Source of the DNA: Alphaproteobacteria bacterium
GTDB taxonomy: Bacteria > Pseudomonadota > Alphaproteobacteria > JAJUGE01
NCBI GenBank assembly: GCA_029268305.1
Contig: JAJUGE010000005.1
Span: 28,969 to 92,968 of the forward strand
DNA length: 64,000 bases
Direction of reading: 5' to 3'
The translations under genes were made by a program, and so were the position numbers. Positions 8,277 through 17,786 of this stretch are shown piece after piece (positions within the stretch are counted from its first letter, which is position 1; every line of letters starts with the position of its first letter). The notes beneath the pieces were generated by a model. The model searched no databases. It was given only the letters and a program-made list of their open reading frames with translations, and was not told the DNA's origin.

Positions 8277-9569
8277 GTGCGCGTGCTGGTCACGGGGGCG
8301 ACCGGACTGATCGGGAGCGCAGTTGTCGCCCGCCTCATCGGCGAGGGACATGAGGTCGTCGGCGTCGCGCGAAACGTGCGGCGCGCGGCACGCCGTCTCC
8401 CGGAAGTCGAGTGGGTTCGCCGCGACATCGGAGCCACGACATCTCCTGAAGCATGGCTTCCGCATCTGCACGGGGTGCAGGCGGTGGTAAACTGTGCGGG
8501 CATTTTGCAGGATGGACCCGGCGACTCCACCCACAGCGTGCACACGACCGGAGCCGATGCGTTGTTCGCCGCATGCGAGCAGGCCGGCGTGCGGCGGGTC
8601 GTGCACGTGTCGGCGATCGGCGTAGACCGGGAGACGCCGTCCGAATTCTCCCGGACCAAGCTGCAAGGCGACAAAGCGCTCGCCGGGCGGGACCTCGACT
8701 GGGTCATCCTGAGGCCGTCGGTGGTGGTGGGGCGTCCCGCCTATGGCGGCAGCGCGATGTTCCGCGGGCTTGTCGCGCTGCCGGTATTGCCCCTGATGCC
8801 GGGGACGGGGCGGCTGCAGATCGTGCAGCTCGATGATCTGGTCGCAACCGTCTGCTTCTTTCTCCGGGAGGATGCGCCGGCGTGCCTCACCCTGGAGCTG
8901 GCGGGCCCGGAGCGTTTGTCTTTTCCCGAGGTGATCCGAACCTATCGCAGATGGCTTGGCCGGCGCCCGCAGTGGGAGCTTCGCCTGCCGCCGCCGCTGG
9001 CGACGGCGCTCTACCGACTGGGAGATTTCGCCGGCCGGCTCGGCTGGCGACCGCCGATGCGCTCGACTGCCGGACGCGAGATCGTGCGCGGGGCGGTCGG
9101 CGACCCGACCGAGTGGAGTCGTGTCACGGGCATCGTGCCGAAGCCGCTCGCCGCGGCGCTCGCCGCCGAGCCGGCCTCGGTCCAGGAGCGCTGGTTCGCC
9201 AATCTCTATTTCCTGAAGCCGCTGATCTTCGTCGTCATCGCCGCCTTCTGGATCCTGACGGGGCTCATCTCGCTCGGGCCGGGAAATGCCATCGGTATCA
9301 GCCTGATGCAGGAAGGCGGCGCCAGCTTCCTGAGTGCGCCCTCCGTGCTGGCTGGAGCGCTCGCCGACATCGCCATCGGGCTGGCGATCGCCTTTCGCCG
9401 AACCGCGCGCATCGGGATCTATGCCGCTCTCGCCATCTCCATCTTCTATATGGTGGCCGGCACGCTGATTCTTCCGCGCCTCTGGATCGAGCCGCTCGGT
9501 CCGATCCTGAAGATCTTCCCGATCTTCGCGCTTCACCTCGTCGCGCTGGCGATACTGGAGGATCGGTGA
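8277..9569 (+). CDS. NAD(P)-binding SDR/epimerase-like domain fused to a C-terminal DoxX-like membrane domain
   Basis: GTG start. The N-terminus MRVLVTGATGLIGSAVV carries a Rossmann GxxGxxG motif. The C-terminal ~130 aa has 4 hydrophobic helices (FLKPLIFVVIAAFWILTGLISL...). Confidence 0.8.
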   Translation: MRVLVTGATGLIGSAVVARLIGEGHEVVGVARNVRRAARRLPEVEWVRRDIGATTSPEAWLPHLHGVQAVVNCAGILQDGPGDSTHSVHTTGADALFAACEQAGVRRVVHVSAIGVDRETPSEFSRTKLQGDKALAGRDLDWVILRPSVVVGRPAYGGSAMFRGLVALPVLPLMPGTGRLQIVQLDDLVATVCFFLREDAPACLTLELAGPERLSFPEVIRTYRRWLGRRPQWELRLPPPLATALYRLGDFAGRLGWRPPMRSTAGREIVRGAVGDPTEWSRVTGIVPKPLAAALAAEPASVQERWFANLYFLKPLIFVVIAAFWILTGLISLGPGNAIGISLMQEGGASFLSAPSVLAGALADIAIGLAIAFRRTARIGIYAALAISIFYMVAGTLILPRLWIEPLGPILKIFPIFALHLVALAILEDR

Positions 9570-10048
9570 CCCTCTACCTGTTCCTCAAATACCTGCACCT
9601 GATGGGTGCCACAGTGCTTCTCGGCACGGGCGCCGGAATCGCCTTTTTCATGCTGATGGCGCATCTCACCGGCAATCCGGTGGTGATCGCCGGGGTGGCT
9701 CGGATCGTCGTCATCGCCGACTTCCTCTTCACGGCGACGGCCGTGGTCGCGCAGCCGATTACCGGCGTGGCGCTGGCCTGGCATGTCGGCTATCCGCTTA
9801 GCGAAGGCTGGATTGTGCTGCCGATTCTGCTTTACCTGTTCACGGGCGCGTTCTGGTTGCCCGTGGTCTGGATACAGATGCGCCTGCGAACGCTCGCAGC
9901 CGGGGCGGTCGCTGCCGGCGAGCCGTTACCGCGCACCTATCATCGTCTGTTCTGGACGTGGTTCGCCTTTGGCTTTCCCGCCTTCGCCGCGGTGCTCGGC
10001 ATCTTCTGGCTGATGATCGCGCGTCCGGCGATCGATCTCGGCCTGTAG
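9566..10048 (+). CDS. DUF2269-like integral membrane protein (160 aa)
   Basis: GTG at 9566 overlaps the preceding stop as GTGA. The product (V)TLYLFLKYLHLMGATVLLGTGAGIAFFML... has 4 TM helices. It is the 3' part of track ORF 8882..10048, whose upstream part is off-frame to the SDR gene. Confidence 0.7.
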   Translation: MTLYLFLKYLHLMGATVLLGTGAGIAFFMLMAHLTGNPVVIAGVARIVVIADFLFTATAVVAQPITGVALAWHVGYPLSEGWIVLPILLYLFTGAFWLPVVWIQMRLRTLAAGAVAAGEPLPRTYHRLFWTWFAFGFPAFAAVLGIFWLMIARPAIDLGL

Positions 10049-10057
10049 AAGCGGAGA

Positions 10058-10942
10058 TCAGGCGTCGACGCGCGCGGGCAGACGCTGCCTGATCGACGGC
10101 AACTCCGCCCACGGATCATCCGCCCGGCGGGTCAGAACCTCCGGAACGGATCGGACGGTGAACGAGCCGGGGTCGAGGGTAGGGACAAGCTCCTCCCACG
10201 AAACCGGCAAGGCCACCGGCGCGCCCGCCCGGGCACGCGTCGAGTAGGGGGCGACGGCGGTCGAGGTCGGGTCGTTGCGCAGGTAATCGATGTAGATCCT
10301 TCCCTTCCGTTCCGCCTTCGAGACGCGGGTGAGATACCGCTCGGGGCGCGCAGCGGCGAGCCGATCTCCGATCGCTTTGGCGAACGCCTTCGTCTCTTTC
10401 CACTCGGCGCGGCGTTCGATCGCCACGACGACGTGCACGCCTTTCGCTCCGGTGGTCTTCGCGAAGCTGTGAAGCCCGAGAGCGCCAAGTGCGTCGCGGA
10501 CTTCATGGGCCGCCTCGACGACATCGGGAAAGCCCATCCCTTCTCCCGGATCGAGGTCGAAGACGATCCGGTCCGGCCGATCCGGTCGATCCACCCGCGC
10601 ATTCCACGGGTGGACCTCCAGAACGCCCATTTGCACAAGGGCGATGAGACCGCCGATGTCGCGGAGGTAGAGATAGGGCTCCTCGAACCCTGCTATCGTC
10701 ACCTCTCGGAGCTGCTGCGGCACGCCCGAGCCCGCATGCCGCTGATAGAAGCACTTCTTCTGGCGCCCGGTAGGGCACCGGACCAGCGTCATCGGTCGAT
10801 CGGCGAGATGCGGCAGCATCCACGGTGAGACGGCTTGGTAATAGGCCGCCAACTCGCGCTTGGTGATGCCCTGTTCCGGATAAAGCACCTTATCGGGGCT
10901 GGTTATCCGGACTCCCTCGAATGTGATCTCGTTGTCGCTCAT
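10058..10942 (-). CDS. NHEJ polymerase/primase domain protein (LigD polymerase domain, stand-alone)
   Basis: ATG at 10942 gives MSDNEITFEGVRITSPDKVLYPEQGITKRELAAYY... with FDLDPGEG and AKTTGAKGVHVVV, both hallmarks of the LigD Pol domain. The start overlaps the ligase stop as ATGA. Confidence 0.85.
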   Translation of the reverse strand: MSDNEITFEGVRITSPDKVLYPEQGITKRELAAYYQAVSPWMLPHLADRPMTLVRCPTGRQKKCFYQRHAGSGVPQQLREVTIAGFEEPYLYLRDIGGLIALVQMGVLEVHPWNARVDRPDRPDRIVFDLDPGEGMGFPDVVEAAHEVRDALGALGLHSFAKTTGAKGVHVVVAIERRAEWKETKAFAKAIGDRLAAARPERYLTRVSKAERKGRIYIDYLRNDPTSTAVAPYSTRARAGAPVALPVSWEELVPTLDPGSFTVRSVPEVLTRRADDPWAELPSIRQRLPARVDA

Positions 10943-12075
10943 CGCGAGCTTCGCCCCCGGGAATTTGCCAGGCCGCTCTTCGCGGCGATCGGCGGCGGTT
11001 GCAGTTCCGGTATCAGGCGCCGCGCGGTCGAAACCGGCGGCGCGATCTGCTCGTGCGTGCATTGGCGGGGCGACTTGTCCGGCCGCCAGCGCATCAGCTT
11101 GGTTCCATGCCGGAAGCGGTCGCCCGTGACATGGTCGTAGCGAACCTCGACCACCAGCTCATGGCGGAGCGGCTCCCATTGCCCGGTTCGGTCGGTGCTC
11201 CATCTGCTAGGCCCGCCCGGCGCCTTTCCGGTGAAGCCTGGCGGCCCGGCCATCGCTTCCAGTCGCTTCGTCAATGCTGGCCGCTCATCGTTCGAAATAG
11301 TGGATGTGTAGCCGACATGGTCGAGGAGCCCGTCATCATCGAAGAGGCCGAGAAGGAGCGAGCCGACGAGCCGGTTGTCGCGCCCGTAGCGAAACCCCCC
11401 GACGACGCAGTCCGCCGTCTTTAGCCGCTTCACCTTGATCATGGACCGCTCGCCCGGCTCGTAGCGGCCGTCGAGGCGCTTCGCCACGACGCCGTCCACC
11501 GAGGCATCGGTCCGGCCCAGCCAGCTATCGGCCTCCGAACGGTCGCGGGTGAACGGCGACAGCGTCAGGCCCGTTCCTGCGGGAACATTCCCGGCAAAGG
11601 CCTCGAGAGCAGCGCGCCGTCGTTCGAGCGGCGCATCCAGCAGGATCTCGCCCTTCGGCGTCATGAGCATGTCGAATGCTATCAGGCTGGCGGGTGTCTC
11701 CGCCGCGAGCTTTCGCACCCGGCTCTCCGCCGGATGGAGCCGGAGCTGCAGGGCATCGAACGAGAGCCCGTCATCAACAGCGATGACCAACTCGCCGTCG
11801 ACGACGAATCGGGATGCCGGCAGCGAGCGCAGCATCGCCGCGACATCCGGGAAATAGCGGGCGAGAGGCTTTCCTGATTTCGCGCGAAGCTCCACCTCCG
11901 CACCATCCCGAAAGGCGAGGCAGCGGAAGCCGTCCCATTTCGGTTCGAACTGCCATCCGTCGTCTTCCGGGAGCCGGTCTGCCGAGCGTGCCTCCATCGG
12001 GAGGAGGTCGGCGGGGAAGCGGGACGGACCGGCAGCCGCCTCTCGTGATTGTCTGGCCAATAGCTCGCCCTCCAT
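10939..12075 (-). CDS. ATP-dependent DNA ligase (LigD ligase-domain type, stand-alone)
   Basis: Track ORF of 378 aa. It has the adenylation motif I, EPKWDGFR (KxDG), and later GVVAKRLDGRYEPGERSMIKVK. The start could be a later Met. Confidence 0.85.
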   Translation of the reverse strand: MEGELLARQSREAAAGPSRFPADLLPMEARSADRLPEDDGWQFEPKWDGFRCLAFRDGAEVELRAKSGKPLARYFPDVAAMLRSLPASRFVVDGELVIAVDDGLSFDALQLRLHPAESRVRKLAAETPASLIAFDMLMTPKGEILLDAPLERRRAALEAFAGNVPAGTGLTLSPFTRDRSEADSWLGRTDASVDGVVAKRLDGRYEPGERSMIKVKRLKTADCVVGGFRYGRDNRLVGSLLLGLFDDDGLLDHVGYTSTISNDERPALTKRLEAMAGPPGFTGKAPGGPSRWSTDRTGQWEPLRHELVVEVRYDHVTGDRFRHGTKLMRWRPDKSPRQCTHEQIAPPVSTARRLIPELQPPPIAAKSGLANSRGRSSR

Positions 12076-12168
12076 CGTCGAGAACCGGCCGCCAGCTGCG
12101 GAGTTCCGAAGCGCCTCCGTGAGCTGCCGCGCTGCTCCCTGATCTGCGAGGAGGAAGGTGAGGGCGAG

Positions 12169-13152
12169 CTACTTGCCGGTCAGGTCGCTGAGGAGCGGCA
12201 TCGCCTCTTTCGCGAACCAGGCGATCTGCTCGTCACGCTGCTCGTACGGTCCGACGAAATCGAGGATGACGTGCCGGAGACCGGCGGCATGGAACTCCCG
12301 AATCCTCTCGACGACCTCCTCGGGCTTGCCGAGCGCAGCGTAACGCTGGGTCGCCTTGCGAAAATCCATGGCGTACCGAACGCTGAGCGACGCAGCGGCA
12401 GCGTCGAGCGCTTTCTCATAGGTGTCGTCGATCCGTGCGAAGAGAAGATGGCCCGTGCCGAACCGGGTCAGGGGGCGCTTCGCCTCTTCGGCCGCGGCTG
12501 CAATCTTCTGCAGGGCTTCGCGATACATGTCGGGCGTGACGACGTACGAGACGTAACCGTCGGCCTTGCGTCCGGTGCGGCGCAGCGCGGCCTCCGAGCG
12601 GCCGCCGCACCAGATCAGCGGTCCGCCGGCCTGCCGCGCGGGCGGGAGCATCGGCACATCGGTGAAGCTGTGGAAGCGTCCGTGATGCGTCGCCGGCTCT
12701 CCGGTCCAGAGCTTCCGCACGATGTCGATGCCTTCGGACAGGCGTGCGCCCCGTTCCTCGCGAGGAACGCCGCACGCCTCGTACTCCTTCGGGAACTCCC
12801 CGCCGACTCCGACGCCGAAGATAAGACGGCCTTCCGTCAGGTGGTCCAGCGTCGAGACCTGCTTCGCCACCGGAACGGGATGCCGGAGAGGCAACAGATA
12901 GACGCAGGTGCCGAGGAGCAGCCGCCGGCTGACCACCGCCGCCTGGGCCAGCTGGAGCAGCGGGTCGAGGATCGAGATCGCGAACGAAATATGGTCCCCG
13001 ACCCAAAGCGAGTCGTAGCCGCTGCGGTCGACCAGTTCGACCAGTTCCTTCATCTCGTCGATCGTCGGCATCCAGGGGGCGGTCGCCGGCTCGGTGCGTC
13101 GGTGGATCGTCTGAATGCCAATGCTGAGCTTCTCGTCGAGGGGCAGGTCCAT
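12169..13152 (-). CDS. LLM-class (luciferase-like) flavin/F420-dependent oxidoreductase
   Basis: Track ORF of 327 aa with GYDSLWVGDHISF and overall luciferase-like TIM-barrel family resemblance. It starts 15 nt downstream of the acyl-CoA dehydrogenase stop on the same strand. Confidence 0.8.
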   Translation of the reverse strand: MDLPLDEKLSIGIQTIHRRTEPATAPWMPTIDEMKELVELVDRSGYDSLWVGDHISFAISILDPLLQLAQAAVVSRRLLLGTCVYLLPLRHPVPVAKQVSTLDHLTEGRLIFGVGVGGEFPKEYEACGVPREERGARLSEGIDIVRKLWTGEPATHHGRFHSFTDVPMLPPARQAGGPLIWCGGRSEAALRRTGRKADGYVSYVVTPDMYREALQKIAAAAEEAKRPLTRFGTGHLLFARIDDTYEKALDAAAASLSVRYAMDFRKATQRYAALGKPEEVVERIREFHAAGLRHVILDFVGPYEQRDEQIAWFAKEAMPLLSDLTGK

Positions 13153-13166
13153 CTTTCGTCCTCAGG

Positions 13167-14402
13167 TCAGAGCTCGAGGTCGCCCTTGAACAGTCGCTGC
13201 GCGATCGTGCGCGCGAGGATCTCGTTGGTGCCGTCGGCGACGTTGGCGCGGCGGACGCGCTCGTAGGCTTCCACCAGCCCGACTTCGTTGGTGAAGCCCA
13301 TCGCGCCATGGGTCTGGATCGCAGCGTCGACCGCACGGACACCCGCCTGCACCGAATAAGCCTTCGCCATCGAAAGCTCCTTGACGGCCCGCTCCCCACG
13401 GTCGAGCAGCATGGCGGCGTTGATGCCGAGGAGGTGTGCCGCATGGATCTCGGTCGCGGCTCGGGCGAGGGGAAATGAAACGCCCTGATACTCCGCGATC
13501 TTCGATCCGAATGCCTCGCGCGTGCAAGCATGCTCGATCGCCTTCTCGATGGCCCAGCGAGAGATCCCGACCGCGCGTGCCGAATTGTAGATGCGCCCCA
13601 TCGAGACGCCGAACAAGCCGATGCGGAAGCCCTCGTGGAGAGTGCCGACGAGCTGGTGCGGCTCGACCCGGACCTCGTCGAAGACGCATTCCGCCTCGTT
13701 TCCACCGATGTGGCCGTTCATGCAGATGATGCGATCGATCTGAAAGCCGGGCGCGTCGGTCGGCACCAGAAAGGCGCTGATCCCGCCCTTCTTCGCGGCC
13801 GCGCGCTCGGGATCCGTGATTGCGAAGACGATGATGTAGTCGGCATAGGGCGAGTTGGAGGTCCAGATCTTGCGGCCGCTGATGCGCCAGCCGTTGCCGT
13901 CCGGAACTGCCCGCGTCTTCAGCATCGCCGCGTCCGAGCCGGCGCCCGGCTCCGACATGCCGAAGCACATGGATTTCGAGCCGTCGAGCATGCCGGGCAG
14001 CACGCTCTCGCGGATCTCCGGCGTGACTTGGCTCAGCACCGGGCTCGGGCCGAACGCCCAGTGGCTGATCACGTAGTCGCAGAGCCAGTGCCTGGCGCCG
14101 CAGACATGGTAGATGCGCTCGATGGTGGCGTAGTAGGCGAGGAGTCCCATGCCCGCGCCGCCGATCGAAGTCGGCACGGAGATGTTGTAGAAGCCGGCCT
14201 TGGCTGAGGCCATGCGGACTTCGCGCATCTGCTGTTGCGCAAAGCGGGAATACCGGCCGTCTTCGTCGTACAGCTTACGCGGGTTGTCGAGCAGATCGGC
14301 ATGCTTTTCGTGCCGCGCCAGCACTTCTGCGCGCACGAAGCTCTCGACACCGTCGGCTGCGGCGGTGATCTCCTCCGGGATGTCGAACCCGAAAACGGAC
14401 AT
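13167..14402 (-). CDS. Acyl-CoA dehydrogenase family protein
   Basis: ATG at 14402 is preceded by GGAGGA (complement of 14409..14414). The 411-aa product has ACAD-like regions (GMSEPGAGSDAA, ...QTHGAMGFTNE...). Confidence 0.9.
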   Translation of the reverse strand: MSVFGFDIPEEITAAADGVESFVRAEVLARHEKHADLLDNPRKLYDEDGRYSRFAQQQMREVRMASAKAGFYNISVPTSIGGAGMGLLAYYATIERIYHVCGARHWLCDYVISHWAFGPSPVLSQVTPEIRESVLPGMLDGSKSMCFGMSEPGAGSDAAMLKTRAVPDGNGWRISGRKIWTSNSPYADYIIVFAITDPERAAAKKGGISAFLVPTDAPGFQIDRIICMNGHIGGNEAECVFDEVRVEPHQLVGTLHEGFRIGLFGVSMGRIYNSARAVGISRWAIEKAIEHACTREAFGSKIAEYQGVSFPLARAATEIHAAHLLGINAAMLLDRGERAVKELSMAKAYSVQAGVRAVDAAIQTHGAMGFTNEVGLVEAYERVRRANVADGTNEILARTIAQRLFKGDLEL

Positions 14403-14538
14403 GGGATTTCCTCCGGCCCTGGCTTCGTCTCTCAATTGACAGGAGGCAGCCTACGACGACGAGGCGCCCCCTTCATCTCGAAATGTCGAGAAGATGGCGA
14501 AGCACGGCCATCGCGCCGGCGCAGCGACCCGACGACGA

Positions 14539-15303
14539 TCAACCCATCGCCGCGAAGCCGCCATCGACCGGGATGGCCGTCCCGGTTACGAAATCCGACC
14601 CGCGACCGGCGAGGAAGACCGCTGCGCCCGCCATGTCCTCGATGACTCCCCAACGTCCGGCGGGCGTGCGGCGAAGCACATCGTCGTGCAACCCCTGTAC
14701 CTGCTCTCGTGCGCGGCGCGTGAGCTCGGTGTCGATCCAGCCCGGCAGGATCGCGTTCACCTGAATGTTGTCTTTCGCCCAGGCGACCGCCAGCCCCTTC
14801 GTCAGCTGGACGATTCCGCCCTTGCTGGACGCATAGGGAACGGCGAAGGCGCCGCCGAATATCGAGAACATCGAACCGATGTTGATGATTTTGCCGCCGC
14901 CGGACTTGCACATCTCGGGATAGGCGGCCCGGCTGCAGGTGAAGGCACTCGTCAGGTTGGTCTCGAGCACGGTGTGCCATTCTTCGAGCGTGTATTCCTC
15001 CGGCTGCTTTCGGATATTCGTGCCGGCGTTGTTGATCAGGATGTCCAGACGCCCAAACCGCTCGACCGCTGCCGCGACCATTTCGCCGCAGGATCGCTGA
15101 TCGGTAACGTCGACCTCGACGGCGAGCGCGGTTGAGTCGAGCTTCTTCAATTCGGCGATCGCGGCGGCATTCTTCTCGCGATTGCGGCCGGCAACCACGA
15201 TGGTTGCGCCGGCGGCCGCCAGGCCTCTCGCCATCCCCAGTCCGATGCCGCCATTGCCGCCGGTGACGACCGCGACCCGGCCCGTGAGATCGAACAGCCG
15301 CAT
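14539..15303 (-). CDS. SDR family oxidoreductase (classical short-chain dehydrogenase)
   Basis: Internal ATG at 15303 gives MRLFDLTGRVAVVTGGNGGIGLG (TGxxxGxG), plus NNAG and the catalytic YASSK (YxxxK). Confidence 0.9.
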   Translation of the reverse strand: MRLFDLTGRVAVVTGGNGGIGLGMARGLAAAGATIVVAGRNREKNAAAIAELKKLDSTALAVEVDVTDQRSCGEMVAAAVERFGRLDILINNAGTNIRKQPEEYTLEEWHTVLETNLTSAFTCSRAAYPEMCKSGGGKIINIGSMFSIFGGAFAVPYASSKGGIVQLTKGLAVAWAKDNIQVNAILPGWIDTELTRRAREQVQGLHDDVLRRTPAGRWGVIEDMAGAAVFLAGRGSDFVTGTAIPVDGGFAAMG

Positions 15304-15377
15304 CTGCCTCTCCCCTCTCGCGGCGCACGTCGGAGCGCCCTCGCTAGTCCTTAACCACCCGTTCATCCGGAGTCGGT

Positions 15378-15671
15378 ATGGGTGAACATACCGCCAACTG
15401 GCCTGGCAGGAGACCAACCGCCATGTTCAATTGGTTCCTGCGCATCCTATCAGTCGCGACCGCGTCGTGGCTGACCTATGTCTACTTATTGAAGAAGTCG
15501 GGCGGCAGCCTGTCCCCTTTGAGGTCTCTGGAGCACGGCCTGACCGGCCTCTGGCTGGAGGCGCGGCATAGAGTCGACGAATTCGAGTGGCTCATCGTAT
15601 CGCCACTTGGGGTCGGGTTCGTCCTGGTAGCTTTCCTCGCCTACGGACTGTTGCGCACCGCCGGCCGCTGA
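15378..15671 (+). CDS. Hypothetical small membrane protein (start uncertain, possibly ATG 15423)
   Basis: Track ORF of 97 aa with two hydrophobic stretches (FLRILSVATASWLTYVYLL and LIVSPLGVGFVLVAFLAYGLL). Codon bias is moderate and I recognise no family. Confidence 0.35.
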   Translation: MGEHTANWPGRRPTAMFNWFLRILSVATASWLTYVYLLKKSGGSLSPLRSLEHGLTGLWLEARHRVDEFEWLIVSPLGVGFVLVAFLAYGLLRTAGR

Positions 15672-15750
15672 CCGTTCGCTCCTCCGCGTTGCCGCTTCGG
15701 CATGAGGCGTGCATGCTTCGACGACCGGAAGCTCGGACAGGGAGGACGTC

Positions 15751-16704
15751 GTGGCGAGACTCGTGAGGGTAGGCGGAGCGCAGCTCGGTCCGATTCAACC
15801 CGAAGACACACGCGCGCAGGCGGTCGATCGCATGATCGCATTGCTGCGCCAGGCCGCTGGCCATGGCTGCAACCTGGTCGTCTTTCCGGAACTCGCTCTG
15901 ACGACGTTTTTTCCGCGGCGGATCATGCAGGATCCGGACGAGGCGAACGTCTATTGCGAAACCACGATGCCGACGCCGGAGACGAAGCCGCTGTTCGACG
16001 AGGCGGCTCGACTCGGGATCGGCTTCTATCTCGGCTATGCGGAGCTCGCGGAAGAGGCAGGGCGAAAGCTGCGCTACAACACCGCCATACTGGTGAACGG
16101 CGAGGGACAGATCGTTGGCAAGTATCGGAAGGTGCATCTTCCCGGCCGCGCCGAGCCCGATCCCACGGGCGTCACGAAGAACTACGAACAGCGGTACTTC
16201 ACGCCCGGCAATCTCGGCTTCCCGGTGTTCAAGGCCTTCGGCGGCGTGATGGGTATGGCGCTCTGCAACGACAGGCGCTGGCCGGAGACCTATCGCGTCA
16301 TGGCGCTCCAGGGCGTCGAGATGGTGATGCTGGGCTACAACACCGGTGCCGTCCGCTGGGCGGCGGAGGGCAACCGCATCGTCCAGATGCCGAGCCATCT
16401 CGAGATGTTTCACAACCACCTGTCGATGCAGGCGGGCGCTTACCAGAATTCGACCTGGGTGATCGGCGTGGCCAAGGCCGGTTGCGAAGACGGCGAGGAG
16501 CTGATGGGCGGCAGCTGTATCATCGCCCCGAGCGGAGAGATCGTGGCACTCGCGCGTACCCTCGGCGACGAGCTGATCGTCGCCGATTGCGATCTCGATG
16601 CGGTGAAGTGGGGGCGCGAGACCTACTTCAGGTTCGACGTCAACCGCCGCATCGAGCACTACGGCCTGATCGCTTCGCAGCGTGGTGTTATTCCGCCCGA
16701 ATGA
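15751..16704 (+). CDS. N-carbamoyl-D-amino-acid hydrolase (D-carbamoylase; nitrilase/CN-hydrolase superfamily)
   Basis: GTG at 15751 follows GGAGGA (15741..15746). The protein is collinear with Agrobacterium D-carbamoylase as I remember it. The catalytic triad contexts are present: VFPELALTTFFPR (Glu), GKYRKVHLPG (Lys) and ALCNDRRWPE (Cys). Confidence 0.85.
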   Translation: MARLVRVGGAQLGPIQPEDTRAQAVDRMIALLRQAAGHGCNLVVFPELALTTFFPRRIMQDPDEANVYCETTMPTPETKPLFDEAARLGIGFYLGYAELAEEAGRKLRYNTAILVNGEGQIVGKYRKVHLPGRAEPDPTGVTKNYEQRYFTPGNLGFPVFKAFGGVMGMALCNDRRWPETYRVMALQGVEMVMLGYNTGAVRWAAEGNRIVQMPSHLEMFHNHLSMQAGAYQNSTWVIGVAKAGCEDGEELMGGSCIIAPSGEIVALARTLGDELIVADCDLDAVKWGRETYFRFDVNRRIEHYGLIASQRGVIPPE

Positions 16705-16999
16705 TCTTCCAGTCGAGCCGTCCGGCGGCGACCTACGGTATCCACAGACCAGCGTTCTAGGTCGCCCCAGACGGATTGCGTTAACGCATCGTTTCTGGTC
16801 TCATGCGCACGTCCGAAAACGAAGGTCGGGGTTGGCGGAAGGAAGCCGGTACAACGGACGTCATCATAGAGAGCGAGTTGCCGGTCATCGAACCGGCACT
16901 GGCTAACCGGCTACGATCTCGGAGAACGCCTCGCCCACGCGGTGCGAAACCATCTTCTCCGCTCGGTCGATGTCGATCTCTCAAATTGTGAGCGCGAGC

Positions 17000-17767
17000 A
17001 TGAAGAAACCCAGTCTTTTCGGAAGGCCCGCAGGCAGGGATGAGGACGGAGCGGACCAGTCGGCGCCGCCGGGTCGAGCCAGAGAGGCCGGTTCTTCGCA
17101 CCGCCCCGCTTCGCAGGACCCATTGACACAGCCCGGACGTGGCGCGGCGCCGCCCGATCCAAGAACAGGAGGCACTATGGCGGATCCCAAGAGCCCGGCA
17201 CCCAATTTCCCGAGCTATCGTGGGCTCGGAGGCGGCGGCGAGCCCGGGGGAGCGCCCGGCGGTCCGGGAGCGGCGGGCATGGGACGTGCGCCAATGCCGG
17301 GTGTGCCTGCGGCTTCGAGCCCGGAAAGCGAAGGCAGCAAGCTCATTGTCGGCCGTAACATTCGGCTCAAGGGGGAAATCGAGGCCTGCGATACTCTCGT
17401 GGTGGAGGGTTACGTCGAGGCGTCGATGAGCAGCCGAATCATCGAGATTGCCGAAGGTGGCACCTTCAAGGGCGACGTCGACATCGACAATGCCCACGTC
17501 CGCGGCAAGTTCGAAGGCAACCTGACCGCGCGCGAGCGGCTCAACATCTACTCCACCGGCAAGGTGTCCGGCCATGTCCGCTATGGGCAGATTCAGGTAG
17601 AGGCGGGCGGCGAGATCGCGGGCGATACGAGCGTCTGGAGCAAGGATTCCGCTCCGAGCCGTTCGGCTTCGAGCGCATCTAAGCCCCAGGAGCCATCGAA
17701 GGCGGAGGAGAGCGCTGGAGGCGGACCTGCACCGGCGTCGCGTGTGGGAGCAGCGCCGAAGCGCTGA
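17000..17767 (+). CDS. Bactofilin (polymer-forming cytoskeletal protein, DUF583 core) with Pro/Gly-rich tails
   Basis: The core LIVGRNIRLKGEIEACDTLVVEGYVEASMSS...GDVDIDNAHVRGKFEGNLTARERLNIYSTGKVSGHVRYGQIQVEAGGEIAGD shows the bactofilin beta-helix repeat pattern. The start is uncertain (ATG 17000 or 17177). A strong terminator follows. Confidence 0.8.
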   Translation: MKKPSLFGRPAGRDEDGADQSAPPGRAREAGSSHRPASQDPLTQPGRGAAPPDPRTGGTMADPKSPAPNFPSYRGLGGGGEPGGAPGGPGAAGMGRAPMPGVPAASSPESEGSKLIVGRNIRLKGEIEACDTLVVEGYVEASMSSRIIEIAEGGTFKGDVDIDNAHVRGKFEGNLTARERLNIYSTGKVSGHVRYGQIQVEAGGEIAGDTSVWSKDSAPSRSASSASKPQEPSKAEESAGGGPAPASRVGAAPKR

Positions 17768-17786
17768 CCGTCGAAATAGCAACAGG

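Noticed and set aside
16803-16991. The 62-aa plus-strand ORF in the spacer upstream of the bactofilin gene
   Set aside because: Third codon positions are frequently A or T, unlike real genes in this window. The sequence is Arg/Ser/Pro-rich, there is no RBS, and I recognise no family.
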